Source of the DNA: Chrysomallon squamiferum
Taxonomy: Eukaryota > Animalia > Mollusca
Assembly (NCBI GenBank): GCA_012295275.1
Contig: CM022674.1
Location: 14,756,001-14,820,000 of the forward strand
Length of the DNA stretch: 64,000 nt
Reading direction: 5' to 3'
Part shown: positions 1-32,784 of the stretch, one piece after another
How positions within the stretch are numbered: position 1 is the stretch's first letter
How the letters are laid out: each line of letters starts with the position of its first letter
Translations under genes and position numbers: made by a program
The notes under the pieces: model-generated
What the model was told of the DNA's origin: nothing
What the model saw: only the letters and a program-made list of their open reading frames with translations
Database searches by the model: none

Positions 1-199
1 GTAGCTTTGTCACTTATTTCACTGATTTGTTCTGCGTGTTAAAGTTTGACAATTCAGACTTTGACACCACCACGTACACACCTGTTTTTGTCAATTTACC
101 TGTAATTATGTGTTAAAGAACAAAAACTACATGGTAGTCTAAGAGTCTAACAAATTGTCTCTTTGAAAATAATTATCAAAAACATTAAACGAAAATATT

Positions 200-870
200 G
201 TACAATACTGAAATTATTGATAAAACTGAAGTTATTTTATAATCCTGGAACTATGGCAATACTGAAATTATTGTTTAATATTAACACTGTTGTATAATCC
301 TGGAACTATTGTAATATACTGAAATTATTGTTTAATATTAAAACTACTGTATAATCCTGGAACTATTGTAATATACTGAAATTATTGTTTAATATTAACA
401 CTGTTGTATAATCCTGGAACTATTGTAATATACTGAAATTATTGTTTAATATTAACACTGTTGTATAATCCTGGAACTATTGTAATATACTGAAATTATT
501 GTTTAATATTAAAACTACTGTATAATCCTGGAACTATTGTAATATACTGAAATTATTGTTTAATATTAAAACTATTGTATAATCCTGGAACTATTGTAAT
601 ATACTGAAATTATTGTTTAATATTAACACTGTTGTATAATCCTGGAACTATTGTAATATACTGAAATTATTGTTTAATATTAAAACTACTGTATAATCCT
701 GGAACTATTGTAATATACTGAAATTATTGTTTAATATTAAAACTATTGTATAATCCTGGAACTATTGTAATATACTGAAATTATTGTTTAATATTAACAC
801 TGTTGTATAATCCTGGAACTATTGTAATATACTGAAATTATTGTTTAATATTAAAACTATTGTATAATAT
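200..870. repeat. 57-bp minisatellite, about 11 copies
   Basis: atcctggaactattgtaatatactgaaattattgtttaatattaa... recurs at 297, 354, 411 and onward. Confidence 0.95.
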
Positions 871-1310
871 TAAACTACAGTAGAAAAGTGAATTGACAGT
901 TTCTCTGGAACTAGTGCATAATCTTAGAACACACACACACACACACACACACACTTCACACAAACATGCACACATACACACTTCATACAAACATGCACAC
1001 ATGTACTCACAGACACACGCTAGATGAAACATGCTGCATTAAAAATTATTATGACAATCTAGGAGAAAACAAAATAAAGTAGATTTTTTTCAGATTTATT
1101 TTTTACACACATCTAACAACACAAAGTATACAGATAATGTCCTTTCCAGATTAAATAGAAAAATATTTCATACTTTACAACTATTCTTACATTCTTAATC
1201 AAAAAGCCAAAAGCAAGGTTCTTCAATAATATGTAGATACAGGCTTCTTAATAAAACAGATTAATATAGCTGATGTAGAAGAAGCGAAAATATAAGCCAA
1301 AACTGAAATC

Positions 1311-1364
<54 letters not shown>

Positions 1365-1396
1365 TGATGATGATGATAGATATAATAATAATAATA

Positions 1397-1450
<54 letters not shown>

Positions 1451-1564
1451 TAAATAAATAATAAAATTAAATAGTAAGAAGAAACAAAAACTCAGGTACA
1501 AAATGTCCTAAGAAAAAAAATAAGTAAAACGAAGTAAGAAATAATAGGATTTGAAAATAAAATA

Positions 1565-2049
1565 CAGTGGGACCTCGGATTAGGAACCGTGATCTGGGGC
1601 AAGTTTGGTCTCGGTTTACGAATCCGAGTTACGAACTTCAGCGACGCGCCACGACAAGCTTTCTTTTGACGTCGGTTTTGACGTCATCATGTAGTAAAGA
1701 TAAGAATAGATGCTTACATCAAACCGAGATCAAAGTCAGGATTATATGCATGGCCTAGAGCAAATATATATCATGAATTAGGACCCTTTGTCTTCGATAT
1801 ACAGTTGCAGCTCAATAGCTTTTGCACTGAGACTGTGCGTTCGCATTTTTAAAAGTGTTGCTACTTTTATGGCGCCCAAGAAAACAAAAAGTGAAAGTGA
1901 GAATGCTGGCGGAAAGTATAAACGTATCACAGAGAGGTAAAGAAATAAATAATTGCAAAACATGAGAATGGCGACATTGTGTCTGACATCACTTCGGTTT
2001 ACAAACCGAGTTCTGGAACGAATTAACTTCATAACCCGAGGTTCCACTG
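1565..2049. mobile_element. Non-autonomous Tc1/mariner (pogo/Tigger-type) MITE, 485 bp
   Basis: Imperfect TIRs: CAGTGGGACCTCGGATTAGGAA (1565-1586) versus the reverse complement of the right end, CAGTGGAACCTCGGGTTATGAA. TA target-site duplication at 1563-1564 and 2050-2051. No transposase ORF. Confidence 0.85.
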
Positions 2050-3410
2050 TAATAGATTTTAATATTTATATTTTTAATCTGGAAAGTACAGATTAAATAA
2101 GTTTTATCTATATATGAAACAAAAATGTCTACACAAACTACGAAACAGTGAATTAAAACATTTCTTAAAAAACAACAACAATCTAAACTACATTTTCTTA
2201 ATCATTTCTCAAAGGATCACAGTCTGCCATGTATTTCATCTCAAGGTGAATTAATACAATCTAATAAATTTAAGAATTACTTTGATGATAGTCTAAAATA
2301 GGATTAAATATTTCTATAATAAGTTATTAATTTCTCAAGAATAATATTTTTTTCCGTTATTTTAAAAAGTTTTAGTCGTTTGGAACCAAATACTCTAGAA
2401 TTAATTTTAAAAAAAATAAACTTTACAGTGTGTTTTTTAAACAGAGAAACAACTGATGTCAAATATTGACATATATTGCTAAATTATAATTTCGAAAACA
2501 AACAAAACCTGAGCAAGAATAGAATAAAGGAAAAAAAGAAATAAAATAAAAAAAAGCAAAACAAACGATAACAATATTAACACGCACTACTGTGTATTAT
2601 ATCAAAAATTATTTAAACATTTCTACATATTTATCTCTGCGTATGTTATTCCTTCTAAACATATTTATTTATTTATTTATTTGCTTATGGAACATTGTTT
2701 GATATATGAAAAATATTTTGCAAAGACATGTCTTCAGAAATAACTGAAATCAATCAAGGATCCTTTAACGGAAATCCTTGGGACTGGACATGTTACGTAT
2801 TTCGGATTATTTTCGGATTTTTGAGTACAAGAAATTCCTTATGTAGTTTGTAGAACAGTCTATCTTATACTGTTTTTAAGATATCATAAAATAAGGTATG
2901 CGAACGTTAACTGTATCGGAAAACAGTAATATATTACAATCTCGGCCGCTCGGATTTCCAATTTCGAATAAATTTACGATTTTATTTATTCAATGTTCAT
3001 TTTTAACAAAATTATGAAAGAGTTTACATGCATATATACGTATGACATTTATAAAGTAAAAACAACAACAAAAACAACAAAGAAAAAAGAGAATAAAATA
3101 AAAAATTCAGTAAACACACACAAATAGCAAACACAACAAAACGGTAACAATAAATAAATAAATATTAAAAAAAATAAAAAATAAAAAAAATAAATTTAAT
3201 GTTACTTTTGATGGAAACTGAAAACTGTTTCAAGCAAGGCGTCATTCCGAACAGTATAGTGACGTCATCGAGTAGAAACATCATAGCAAGTGAGCGTAGT
3301 CTTTCAAAATGAGATAAAAAACCAAAACAAAAAAAACAAACAAAAAGCATTAAAAAGAAAATTAAAACAATTAAAAATTAAAAAATAAAATCTATAAAAA
3401 AGGATAAAAA

Positions 3411-3446
<36 letters not shown>

Positions 3447-3956
3447 GTAAAGTAGTAGTAGAAGTAGTAGTAGTAAATAAATAAATATGTAAGAGATTAA
3501 AACTTTAGAAACAAGATATCATGACTAAAGAAGTCAGTGTTAGAGATAAATAATTTAAATATTTAAATCTATGTTAAGCAGACAAAAGCGGAGTCACGAA
3601 GAGTTGCACACAGTTGTCTCTGTTTTGTCTACGTCGCCTTTACGTCTCACACACGCTTAACTTTCACTGATTTTCAGTTTGAAATTTAGTAAAATAATGA
3701 AAAAAGTAAAAAAAAAAAAAAAAAGAAGAAGAAGAAGAAAAAAGCAAGACATTTAAATAGAACCAAATATATGTTGGAATTCCTTCAGAAACGCACACAC
3801 ACACACACACACATAGCCACGCACGCTAACAGGATAATGTATCAGATTGCCAAATTCAGGTACATTTTAATCTGTTTTGGAGTTTAAAACGTTTTATGCA
3901 TTTGTCAATAAGTAGACAGGCATACACACGGGCACACACACACACATATATATATC

Positions 3957-4006
<50 letters not shown>

Positions 4007-4094
4007 CCCGTATGTATGCCTGTCTACTTATTGACAAATGCATAGATAGATCGGTAGGTAGGTAGGTAGATAGATAGATAGATAGGTAGGTAGG

Positions 4095-4149
<55 letters not shown>

Positions 4150-4158
4150 GTAGGTAGG

Positions 4159-4192
<34 letters not shown>

Positions 4193-4986
4193 TACAAATA
4201 GTGAAACCTCTAAAAATCGGATCCATCAAAACCAGACGTTTTACGTGATCTGCTTGTTATTAAGATTTTCTGTGATACAAAAATGATTTTTCTTGCACAG
4301 TACGTCACTGATGCCCCTCTCTCCTCAAATCTATCCCCCCGCATACACCTATTAATGAAAATACTGATCTAAATTATATAATCCAAATCAAATATATTTT
4401 AACAAAGAGTAATTTAAACAATATTTCTTTATAATAAAATATACGTAATATTTGCAAAAATGTCAAATTTGTTAACAAATGTTTATCTTCATGAAACATC
4501 AGTATTGTAAACTACATAAAGTAAATTTTCTGCCATTTATCAGTTTCAATAAAATATAAAATACAACTCAAATTATTTCTTCATTTACTGTGAATGGTAA
4601 ACTTTATAGGCGTGAAATGAAATTAATTAAAATATATTTAGTCACGTGTCTTCCAAGTGATGTCTCTCTGCGATATCAAGTTTACTTGACATCTGTTTTT
4701 ATTATTTTTTACATGCAAAATAAAATAAATAAATAACTGAGAAAACAGGTCCAGTGTGAAATACATGGACAAAACTAAGACAGTAAAATAAAATAAATAA
4801 ATAACTGAGAAAACAGGTCCAGTGTGAAATACATGGACAAAACTTTGACAGTAAAATAAAAATAGAATTAGCCAGTAGTTCATGAGGTTGTGCAAGAAAA
4901 AAAAAAAAAAAAAAAAAAAAAGAAATTCTTCTGGTGATGTTCTTCAAAAAGCAGATTTCATAACTGATTTGAAACGTTTAGTGTGT

Positions 4987-23433
<18,447 letters not shown>

Positions 23434-23687
23434 AATAATAAAGCAAAAGCAAAATTTTCCTGAGAAAATATCCAGTTGCTGAAATGCGGGTGTCTCACAC
23501 AAAGAGCTTCTGCCGAATGCTAAGATGATCGTAGGTTGGTTACAGATATGCAATTGAAACGACTTGGTTGCTAGGATACTAACACAGATATAGTGATGTC
23601 AGAACTGACTCCTGGTTTGAAAGTGTTGGAAAACAACTATATATATAGATAGATAGATCTCAAAAAAGAACTTAAAAAAATTAAACC

Positions 23688-23761
<74 letters not shown>

Positions 23762-23961
23762 GTTTATAAAGTAAATACATAATATGAACAATATATGTAA
23801 CTTCTGGCGTTATATTTAATATCAGAAACAAAACCATACATGAAAATGAAGAAAAGGTTTCCACACTAATTCGTTCGTACACCTCTCTCTAACTTTCGTT
23901 CTACTTTCTATGTATTTATGTATATATATGGACGGTTATAAGCTTATATGGACGGGTACAC

Positions 23962-24016
23962 GCGTTCAGGTTGGCTGCATTCTGTTATAACGAATTCAAA
24001 CAGCTTTTCCTTTAAC

Positions 24017-24059
<43 letters not shown>

Positions 24060-24537
24060 CTACTAACTGGGACATGAGAAGTGAAGTTAGACTGTTAATT
24101 TAGTTTTGTTTTACGCGGGTCAATGTGTTGTATTATGTACGCATTGTGGATATATGCATTATGTTGAGGCTCAATGAACTTCGGCCTGAAACAAATAAAA
24201 ATATTTGTCCATTGCACCACACACAGATTGTTAGTTTCTGCATTTGCAGCTGATGTCAGTGAACGTTTTAATTTGTAACGGAAACAGCTGGAAGTTGCAG
24301 TCACGTTGACGATCATGTGATTGAGTTAATCTTTCTTGATCTGACTCTTTAATCTGGGAGTTTAACAGATCATCTTCTACTTCCGGTTACTATCTAGACT
24401 AACTGAGTACCTCATAACACCTACACCTACTCCCCCCTCTACCCAGTTCTGTATTAATCTCTAGTTCTAATATTAATCCTACTCCCCCCCGACCCACTTC
24501 TGCTTCTATTACAAGAGACTGTTTTGTATCAGACATT
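23962..24537. repeat. Copy 2 of the about 580-bp direct duplication (upstream of per exon 1)
   Basis: Matches 22067-22646 apart from a few substitutions, small indels and the poly-A tract. Confidence 0.95.
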
Positions 24538-25150
24538 AGATAAGATCTAGTTATTCCTGTAGATAAAATCTAGTTATTGATGTAAATACAGATCTAGTTA
24601 TTGATGTAAATACAGGTCTAGTTATTGATGTAAATACAGATCTAGTTATTGATGTAGATACAGATCTAGTTATTGATGTAGATAAGATCTAGTTATTGAT
24701 GTAAATACAGGTCTAGTTATTGATGTAGATACAGATCTAGTTATTGATGTAAATACAGATTTAGTTACTGATGTAAATACATATCTAGTTATTGATGTAA
24801 ATACATATCTAGTTATTGATGTAGATACAGATCTAGTTATTAATGTAGATAAGATCTAGTTATTCGTGTAGATAAAATATTTTTATTAATGTAGAAAAGA
24901 TCTAGTTATTGATGTAGATACGATCTAGTTATTAATGTAGATAAGACCTAGTAACTGATGTAAATACAGATCTAGATATTGATGTAGATACAGATTTAAT
25001 TATTGATGTAGATATGTATGAACTTAATTTATTGTACTTATATATCTAGTTATTGATGTTGATACATATCTAATTATTGATGTAGATACAGATCTAGTTG
25101 TTGATGTAAATATCTAATTAATACTGTAGATCTACTAGATGTATATCTAT
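24538..25150. repeat. 24-bp degenerate minisatellite
   Basis: Unit agatctagttattgatgtaaatac. Begins exactly where duplication copy 2 ends. Confidence 0.9.
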
Positions 25151-25995
25151 CTACTGATGCAGATAAAGTATATATACTAATACACTTCTTGATTTGTGTA
25201 AACATGTATACAGAGTGAGTCATGTGATTACAAAGATATCTGAGCTATGTTGTTCGCTATCATACTTTTGTCCATCTGCAGGAGAATGATGAAATAAAAA
25301 ATTAAAAAAATGTTTGAATAAAGTTTTATTCAAAAAGGACCTGCTTCAACTTTACACAGTGGATTTTAAACTTACACACAATATTACAGTTCATTCTGTA
25401 GTCTTCAGGAATGAAAGTTATATCTTGTCATGACATTTACACAGTGGATGTTAAAACTTACACACAATGTTACAGTTCATTCTGTAGTAATCAGGAATGA
25501 AAGTTATATCTTGTCATGACATCTTTCCAAAGACTAAGAGAATGCTTCTTTATCTTGCAGTGTTTTGTTGTTTAAAACACTAAATAAACACCACTAGCAT
25601 TAAAACAGCTTGCTAACACATTCAGTTATATGCGAAGAGAAGAAAACAAAATGTAAAATTGTGGTTTGAATGTATAGGTTGAGTTATTTGACAAAATCAT
25701 GACTTGCGATAAATCGTTAATTAACATACACTGTAATTAATTAAAATACACTGTAATGAATTAACATACATTGTAATTAATTAGCATACACTGTCATTAA
25801 TTAACATACATTTTAATTAATTAACATACATTTTAATTATTTAGCATACACTGTAATTAATTAACATACACTGTAATTAATTAACACGCATACACTGTAA
25901 TTAATTAACATACACTGTAATTAATTAACACACACAGACTTTACTTTTTCTTTCAACAAAAGTAACTCAACAGAGACTGTATCACAAATTATGTT

Positions 25996-26128
25996 TTATC
26001 CAAAAATATTAGTGTCATTGATTTTAATAGACTTTAACAGCTGTCTGAAATCTGTGTCCATCCAGTGGTCAGCTGATGTTGGAACAGGTTTGTGGCTGCT
26101 ACTGTCAGGACTGTAAAAAAAAAAAAAA

Positions 26129-26165
<37 letters not shown>

Positions 26166-27237
26166 ATAATAAAATAAAATAAAATAAAAATAATAAAAAA
26201 AGTTTCTATAGATGTAGAATTGTATAGAAATTACTCATTGAACTGAACAATCACAGAATTAATATTAAACCTTTGAAATAAACTAATATTATACCCACAG
26301 CCAACACAAAGTACTTTACCACTGTGAAATTGAAACTTCAGTGAAAATGAAAAATGCTAAACTTAATGTAAACAATGTAGTGTATGCAGAAAATGCTCAT
26401 GGCAGGTTTTTCAGGGTGGGAATGTGGCAAACAATAAAATGAAAAACATGAAAATCATAACTATACAAGTGACTGGGATGCAAAACTGATTATAACATCT
26501 ATAGGACAGTTTCCACTGAAGAAAACTGGTTCTGTTTGTTTTGAGGAAGAAGAACAGTGGTGTGTTGCATTCAGGAGGTTCAATCAGATAGTGGAGGGAG
26601 GGAGGGAGGGATGTGTGGGTGGGAGAGGACACCACTAGTCATTGTTAGTGGAAACGTGACAGTTTACAAAACTTTGTCTGTGTCCACTTTCCTTCATCTC
26701 TCCAGCTGTAGTCATGTGATTTACCAGACCCCACGTTTACAAAACTTCTCTCAGTTCAACCCCAGCCAACAGCAGAAACCCTAGAGTATGTCAACCAAAG
26801 AAAGCTGATTACAGAGAATGGCTACAAACTGTGTGTAATGCCTTTAGTCAGCTAGCATCTTCTGTGATCACAGTTTTCAGGACACTGACGCAAGGAGTAG
26901 TTTATTAATCAACCTGTTATTTGAGTGATTCTGTGTACCACAAATCACTTTGGATATGTTTGATGTCAGATGTTGTATATTTTGCATCTGTTACACTGAC
27001 ATTTTCAAAACATTTTACTTCATGCTTTAAAATATGGCAACATTTCTTCTGGCTGTGGGTATAAATGCATTTAGAAAGGGATTAACATAATCTATTAGTA
27101 CTAAATATTTTTACAAAGATTAATATAACCTACAAGTACTGAACATAATTACTAAATTAGAAAGAGATTAATTGTTCTTGAACATTTTAATGTAACAATT
27201 TTTTACCAGTAAACACACACATTTACAAACATATAAA

Positions 27238-27275
<38 letters not shown>

Positions 27276-27579
27276 GAAAGATAAGTAATCTAGATAAAAA
27301 GACAAAATACTTACTTAATAGTGACCGGATCATTAAAAGTGACAAGGATGTCGGCTGTGAACGAGGGTACACGAAACAAACCCATGTGAATGTTTACTTC
27401 ATTCTTCGCCATTTCCTTGAACTTGGCAATTCTCTGTCTACCCAAAACATAATAGGCTTTCTCACATCTACAAAAACAACAACGGTAATAACAAAACAAC
27501 AATAACAGTGATAATGATAATAAAAAAATAATAACTAATAATAATGATGGTAATGATGATAAAAATAAAAATAATACCA

Positions 27580-27619
<40 letters not shown>

Positions 27620-30600
27620 TAGCAGTAATAAAAGCAACAACAAAATAATAATAGGTAGTGGCACCCAGAATCTGGTTGGCATTTCAACATTTTAAAATGC
27701 AATAAAATTCATAATTATAATTTTAACAAATCAAACAGAATTTTGTCAAATGACTGAGAAGAGCAAAATACAGTTCAATTCAACAATCTGTTTTAACAGC
27801 AATATGCTTATAAAGCTAAGTTATTTCAGTTTGTATAAAGCTAAGTTATTTCAGTTTGTATAAATCAAGGACATTATCAAGTTGTTATGGATTATCCAGT
27901 TTCCGCATGATTTTGAAATCTGACAGTTTTCAACATGTCCCAGTTTATCAGAAGACTTCTTCCATTCATTACAATTAGGTTGTTTTTTTAATCAAATGAA
28001 AAGCATTTATGAAAACAGGTAATTATTCCCCAGAATAAACTGAAAAGTTAAAGTCAAACTTGTTAAAATCTGCAACACAAGGATCACAAATTGCCTCCCT
28101 TGAAATAACAATCTAAAACCAAAAATATTACTATTCTTTAATACCTGGAAATCAAATATTTATTTTTTTATTTATTTTATTTTTTAATAATGCACATTCA
28201 CTTCATTCTGTTACGTTGAAGGTAAGTCTCACAACCCACTCCCATCCACTGTCATTTTGTGAAAAGACAAAGAAATTTCAGATAAAATCTTTCATTAAAA
28301 AATACATTTTTAGGTTCTGAAACAAAGATAGGTTTGATTAAAAAAACAAAGACACTCATTATGTTGAAAGGAAATTCAAGCACTTTCAGATGAGACGAAC
28401 TGAATGTCTTCTTGTGTGATAGGGAACATGTGGGAGGCTAGAAAGGAAACTAAGTGTATTTTCTGATAGGTACATGTGTGGTTTTTTCATAACAAAATAA
28501 AAAAACAAAAAAACAAAACAATGCTGGGATAAATTTTTAATCTCTTAAGGGCAAGGCTAGTACTACCTTGTGTTTAATCAGAAATGTTAGAGCATCAAGG
28601 CATCCTCCAGATAAACCAAACACATTGATTCATGTAATTTAGCTATGACACAAGCTGAGCACCATCTTTTTTCAACTGTGTCAGTAATGTGACAATGAGC
28701 TAAATATCAAACATCATGTAAACAGCAGTTATCATCAGCCTGTTAATATTAACATAATATTGTGTTAATATTCTGCAGAAATCAGCCGTTGGAAGCACAT
28801 TATTTCTATGCATTTGATCAGTAACAACAGAACACACTGACATTCATTCAGAAACCAAGTGACCTGTTTGCCAAGTCTGTGAGGTTGACACAGCTGTATC
28901 TTGTCAAAACTAAATTTATTTCAATCATTCATACCAGTCGCTGAGCTTATCTCATGATTATTTATTTGTTTTAAATTCTCTCTTGATTCATTTTTATTTG
29001 ATAAGGTGAAGGCTTCAGTGGGATTTATGGGAAGCCATGGAGGCAGTCAGTGTTTTATTGCTGTGGTGATTGTCTAAGTTTTGAGACACTAAAGCAAGTA
29101 TGAAGTCAACCACCGTGCTTGCCACTGAACTCTGAAGTTGAACATGGAGAGAGGAAATGTTACTCTCTGTCGTGGTAACAAAAATATAACTGTGCTAAGC
29201 TTCAGGTATTAGTAACATTATAAACAGCTTAGGAAATTTCCAGTTTTTTTTTCTTTTCTGTGATGGCTTAGAAAGTCTCCATTTTCTCTCTTTTGTAATG
29301 ATTTTTAAAAATTCTTATTGCTATATTCACAGTTTGTGAAGTATTGTAACTGAAACCAATGTGAAAAGAAAGCATTCTGTGACAGTTTTGTGTGTGAGAA
29401 ACACATGACTTTTCTCACTGCAATGACAAAATGACAAAGATTTGCATGGAGAAACTTTTCAGGTTAATAGGTTGTGTGGCATTCCACATGAAAAACAGAA
29501 ACATGAATATTATTAATATATAAAATTAAAAAACATGAAAATTTCTAAATATTTATAAATCATAGAGTAAAGAGCTGTACACAATATAAGCAGCATAAAA
29601 CTGTAACTGATATTTAAATTTTAATATAATGAGGAAATTTTCTTTAAATCAAAATGACTAAGACAAGGAGGAGACATTGTAAGTGAAATACACAATGGAA
29701 AGACGTACTGTGACATGGAAAGTTCATCACTGGGAATTTCTTCAACAACTTGGATCTGAGAATCTTCACTGTTACCAGCATCATTGCTGTCTGCCAGATC
29801 CTCAAAGTGTGTCCTACAACATCAGCGAGCTTTTCATAACATTTGTAACAGTGAACTTTTCTAAAAATATTTGAAACAGAGCTTTTCTAAAAATATTTGT
29901 AATAATGAGCTTTTTTTTAAAAAGTGTAACAATTTTGTGAGCTTTTTGAAATCATTTATAACATCACTTAATAAATATTTAATATATCAGTAAGTTGTGA
30001 ATAAAAGTTTAGTATACGAGTAACACAAGTTTAGTATGTCAGTAGCACTTTGTTAATAAAAGTTTAATATATGAGTAACACTTGTTAATAAAAGTTTAGT
30101 ATATTGGTAACACTTGTTAATAAAAGTTTAGTATATTGGTAACTTGTTAATAAAAGTTTAGTATATTGGTAACACTTGTTAATAAAAGTTTAGTATATGA
30201 GTAACACTTGTTAATAAAAGTTTAGTATATTGGTAACACTTGTTAATAAAAGTTTAGTATATTGGTAACACTTGTTAATAAAAGTTTAATATATGAGTAA
30301 CACTTGTTAATAAAAGTTTAGTATATTGGTAACACTTGTTAATAAAAGTTTAATATATGAGTAACACTTGTTAATAAAAGTTTAGTATATTGGTAACACT
30401 TGTTAATAAAAGTTTAGTATATTGGTAACACTTGTTAATAAAATTTAGTGTATTGGTAACACTTGTTAATAAAAGTTTAGTATATTGGTAACACCTGTTA
30501 ATAAAAGTTTAGTATATTGGTAACACTTGTTAATAAAAGTTTAGTATATTGGTAACACTTGTTAATAAAAGTTTAGTATATTGGTAACACTTGTAATAAA

Positions 30601-31217
30601 AGTTTAGTATGTGAGTAACATTTGAGTATATATGTTTGACTTGTAAATAAATTATGTAACTAAGACAAATCCTACTTTATCGCCTCTTCGTCAGGCTGGT
30701 TGACAAACTCAAGTATCTCAATGATGATGCTCTGGTCTGTCAAGTTGTGTGCAAATATTTCCTGATTATCAGGAATTTCACGAATTGTACTGAAACAACA
30801 GAATAAAAAAAAAGAAAACAAAAAAATAATAATAATACAAAAATGAATAAACATAAAAAATAAATAAATTCATAAATAAATAATTATAAATAAATAAATA
30901 AATAAATAAATCAATAAATCAATAAATAAATCAATAAATAAAAAATAAATAAAATAAACAACAAAAAATTCCAGCTTTTATAAAAAACACAAAAAGAACA
31001 CAGCTGGAAATCACAGAAACTTGGAAAGGTAAAGTATTCTGAATGGGAACTGTTAGGACACTGGTATTTGAATTACACTTTACCTGACAAGTTGTGTCAA
31101 GTTTATCACTTAATGAAAGATGATTATGAAAAAGATGTAAACTTACCTGACATCTTTAGCTTGGTTTGGAATTAGCGCAGAAAGAGCTCCACCAAACAGA
31201 TCAGTGTAATGATCCAT
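25996..31217 (-). CDS. RANGRF: Ran guanine nucleotide release factor MOG1 (185 aa, 5 coding exons)
   Basis: Exons 31147-31217, 30676-30789, 29709-29813, 27315-27467, 25996-26110 (558 nt, all introns phase 2, GT-AG). Protein: [51 protein letters not shown]...THFEDLA...CEKAYYVLGRQRIAKF...LFRVPSFTADILVTFNDP...INDTNIFG*. This matches the MOG1 signature LFGGA..A.LP...DVS..R.VPDNQE.F...TDQS.I.E.LE. Confidence 0.95.
30000..30620. repeat. 32-bp minisatellite in RANGRF intron 2
   Basis: Unit taataaaagtttagtatattggtaacacttgt. Confidence 0.92.
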
Positions 31218-32335
31218 CAGCTTGAACCAAATGTGTCAAATATATTGTTATATAATAATTATATTATATTACATTATTATTTTATTATATTATATTATAT
31301 TATATTATATTATATTATATTATATTATATTATATTATATTATATTACATATTACAATTATTACATATTTATGATATTACATTATCTCTCTTTCTCTGTA
31401 AACAAATGTTTTTAAAAAGATTATAAAATTATTTACTTTTTAATAACATTTCTCTATACAGAATGAGGTAGCTGTTAGAAATAAAGGTGAAGTTATAACA
31501 AGATAGGAAAAAAATAAATAAATAATTGTTTAAATATTAACTTTAAAAAAATCAGATGCGGGTTATTTCCACGTCACTGAAGACAACAAGTGCTTAGGCA
31601 CTTTTATGTGACCTTTTTATATCTGAACTAAAAAAAAAAAAAAAAAAAATAATAAAAAAAGGAATCTTGCAATTTATTTGTTTCTAACAGTAGAGGAAGT
31701 TGGCTTTTGCTTGTGAGTGGTTTTCGTAATATCATTGAAAGTATTAGGGTTGAAAAAAAAATGGCTGGTTTGCAGACTGACAAATAATAATCATTACAAT
31801 GTGTTCTTATATAACCTTAAAATTTTAATATCTGGACTGGCTTTAGAGAAACAAGTTGCAGACATAAAGTTCAAAATTACCCAGAAACCATAGGCTTAAC
31901 AAAACATTCAGTAAAATCTGCAAGACTGTCACAATAAAAATATTTTGTTTACCATTCTTACACATTTTTCTTGTTTCTTTTTATTTTCTATAAGATCATT
32001 CATTTTTTTAACTCTTCGCTTACTAAAACTAAATTATTATTATTCAACATTTTTTGTCTCGATCTGTAATTTGTATATTATATACATAATTATAATACAG
32101 TTGACTGTATACAGATTATATTCAGTATACAGTATACTAGTAATACTACTGTTAAATACTATAATCATATGTGATATAAATTTATAAACAGTATTAGTAT
32201 AATATATAATAATATTTATACTGAATAGAATAAAGTTTAGTCATATAGTGTGTACAGTACTTAAAACAAGACATCTTGTACCACTCAAAGATACAGTGAA
32301 ACTAATTATTTATGCTATAAAATAATAGAGTTTAC

Positions 32336-32423
32336 CTCGTTTGCCAGCTAATTTCAATTACATAACTGGTGAACGTTACTATGTAACTATAACATACATC
32401 TTCTAAAGGAGGCAGCCATCTTG
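32336..32423 (-). promoter_or_regulatory. RANGRF: Putative non-coding first exon / TSS region of RANGRF with YY1-like motif
   Basis: Minus-strand AAGATGGCTGCC (YY1-like, typical of housekeeping TSSs) at about 32411-32422; donor GAG|gtaaac at 32336/32335; candidate acceptor ttcaag at 31221-31226, just before the ATG. Confidence 0.45.
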
Positions 32424-32752
32424 TATTGTAGATTTCATTAACTCGAATTTGTTTTTATAATTCCTCCCTTGATAGGCGATCCACGTTTTCCTGCTGCTCT
32501 AATAATTTAAATCACTTAATATAATTATAATATATTTTTATAAGGCTATTATTCTTAAAAATATAAATAGCCTACCAAGAACAGTAAAGGTGATAAGTCT
32601 AAATAAGCGATATAATTTTCATCATGCCGAGGACATATGGAAGTTTTATTATAGGTCTATATATTTATTTTTTAATTTTATGGGGGAGGGGGAGAATTCT
32701 TTACAGTAGGCTATATTTTTGTTCAAGTTTATTATTGTTATTGTTGTTGTTG

Positions 32753-32784
<32 letters not shown>

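Noticed and set aside
4196-4260. Mariner-type TIR-like string (agtgaaacctctaaaaatcgga)
   Set aside because: No matching opposite end or TSD found; at most a fragment.
4717-4862. 68-bp two-copy duplication just after the per stop as a regulatory RNA element
   Set aside because: Simple local duplication with no structure or known motif that I can support.
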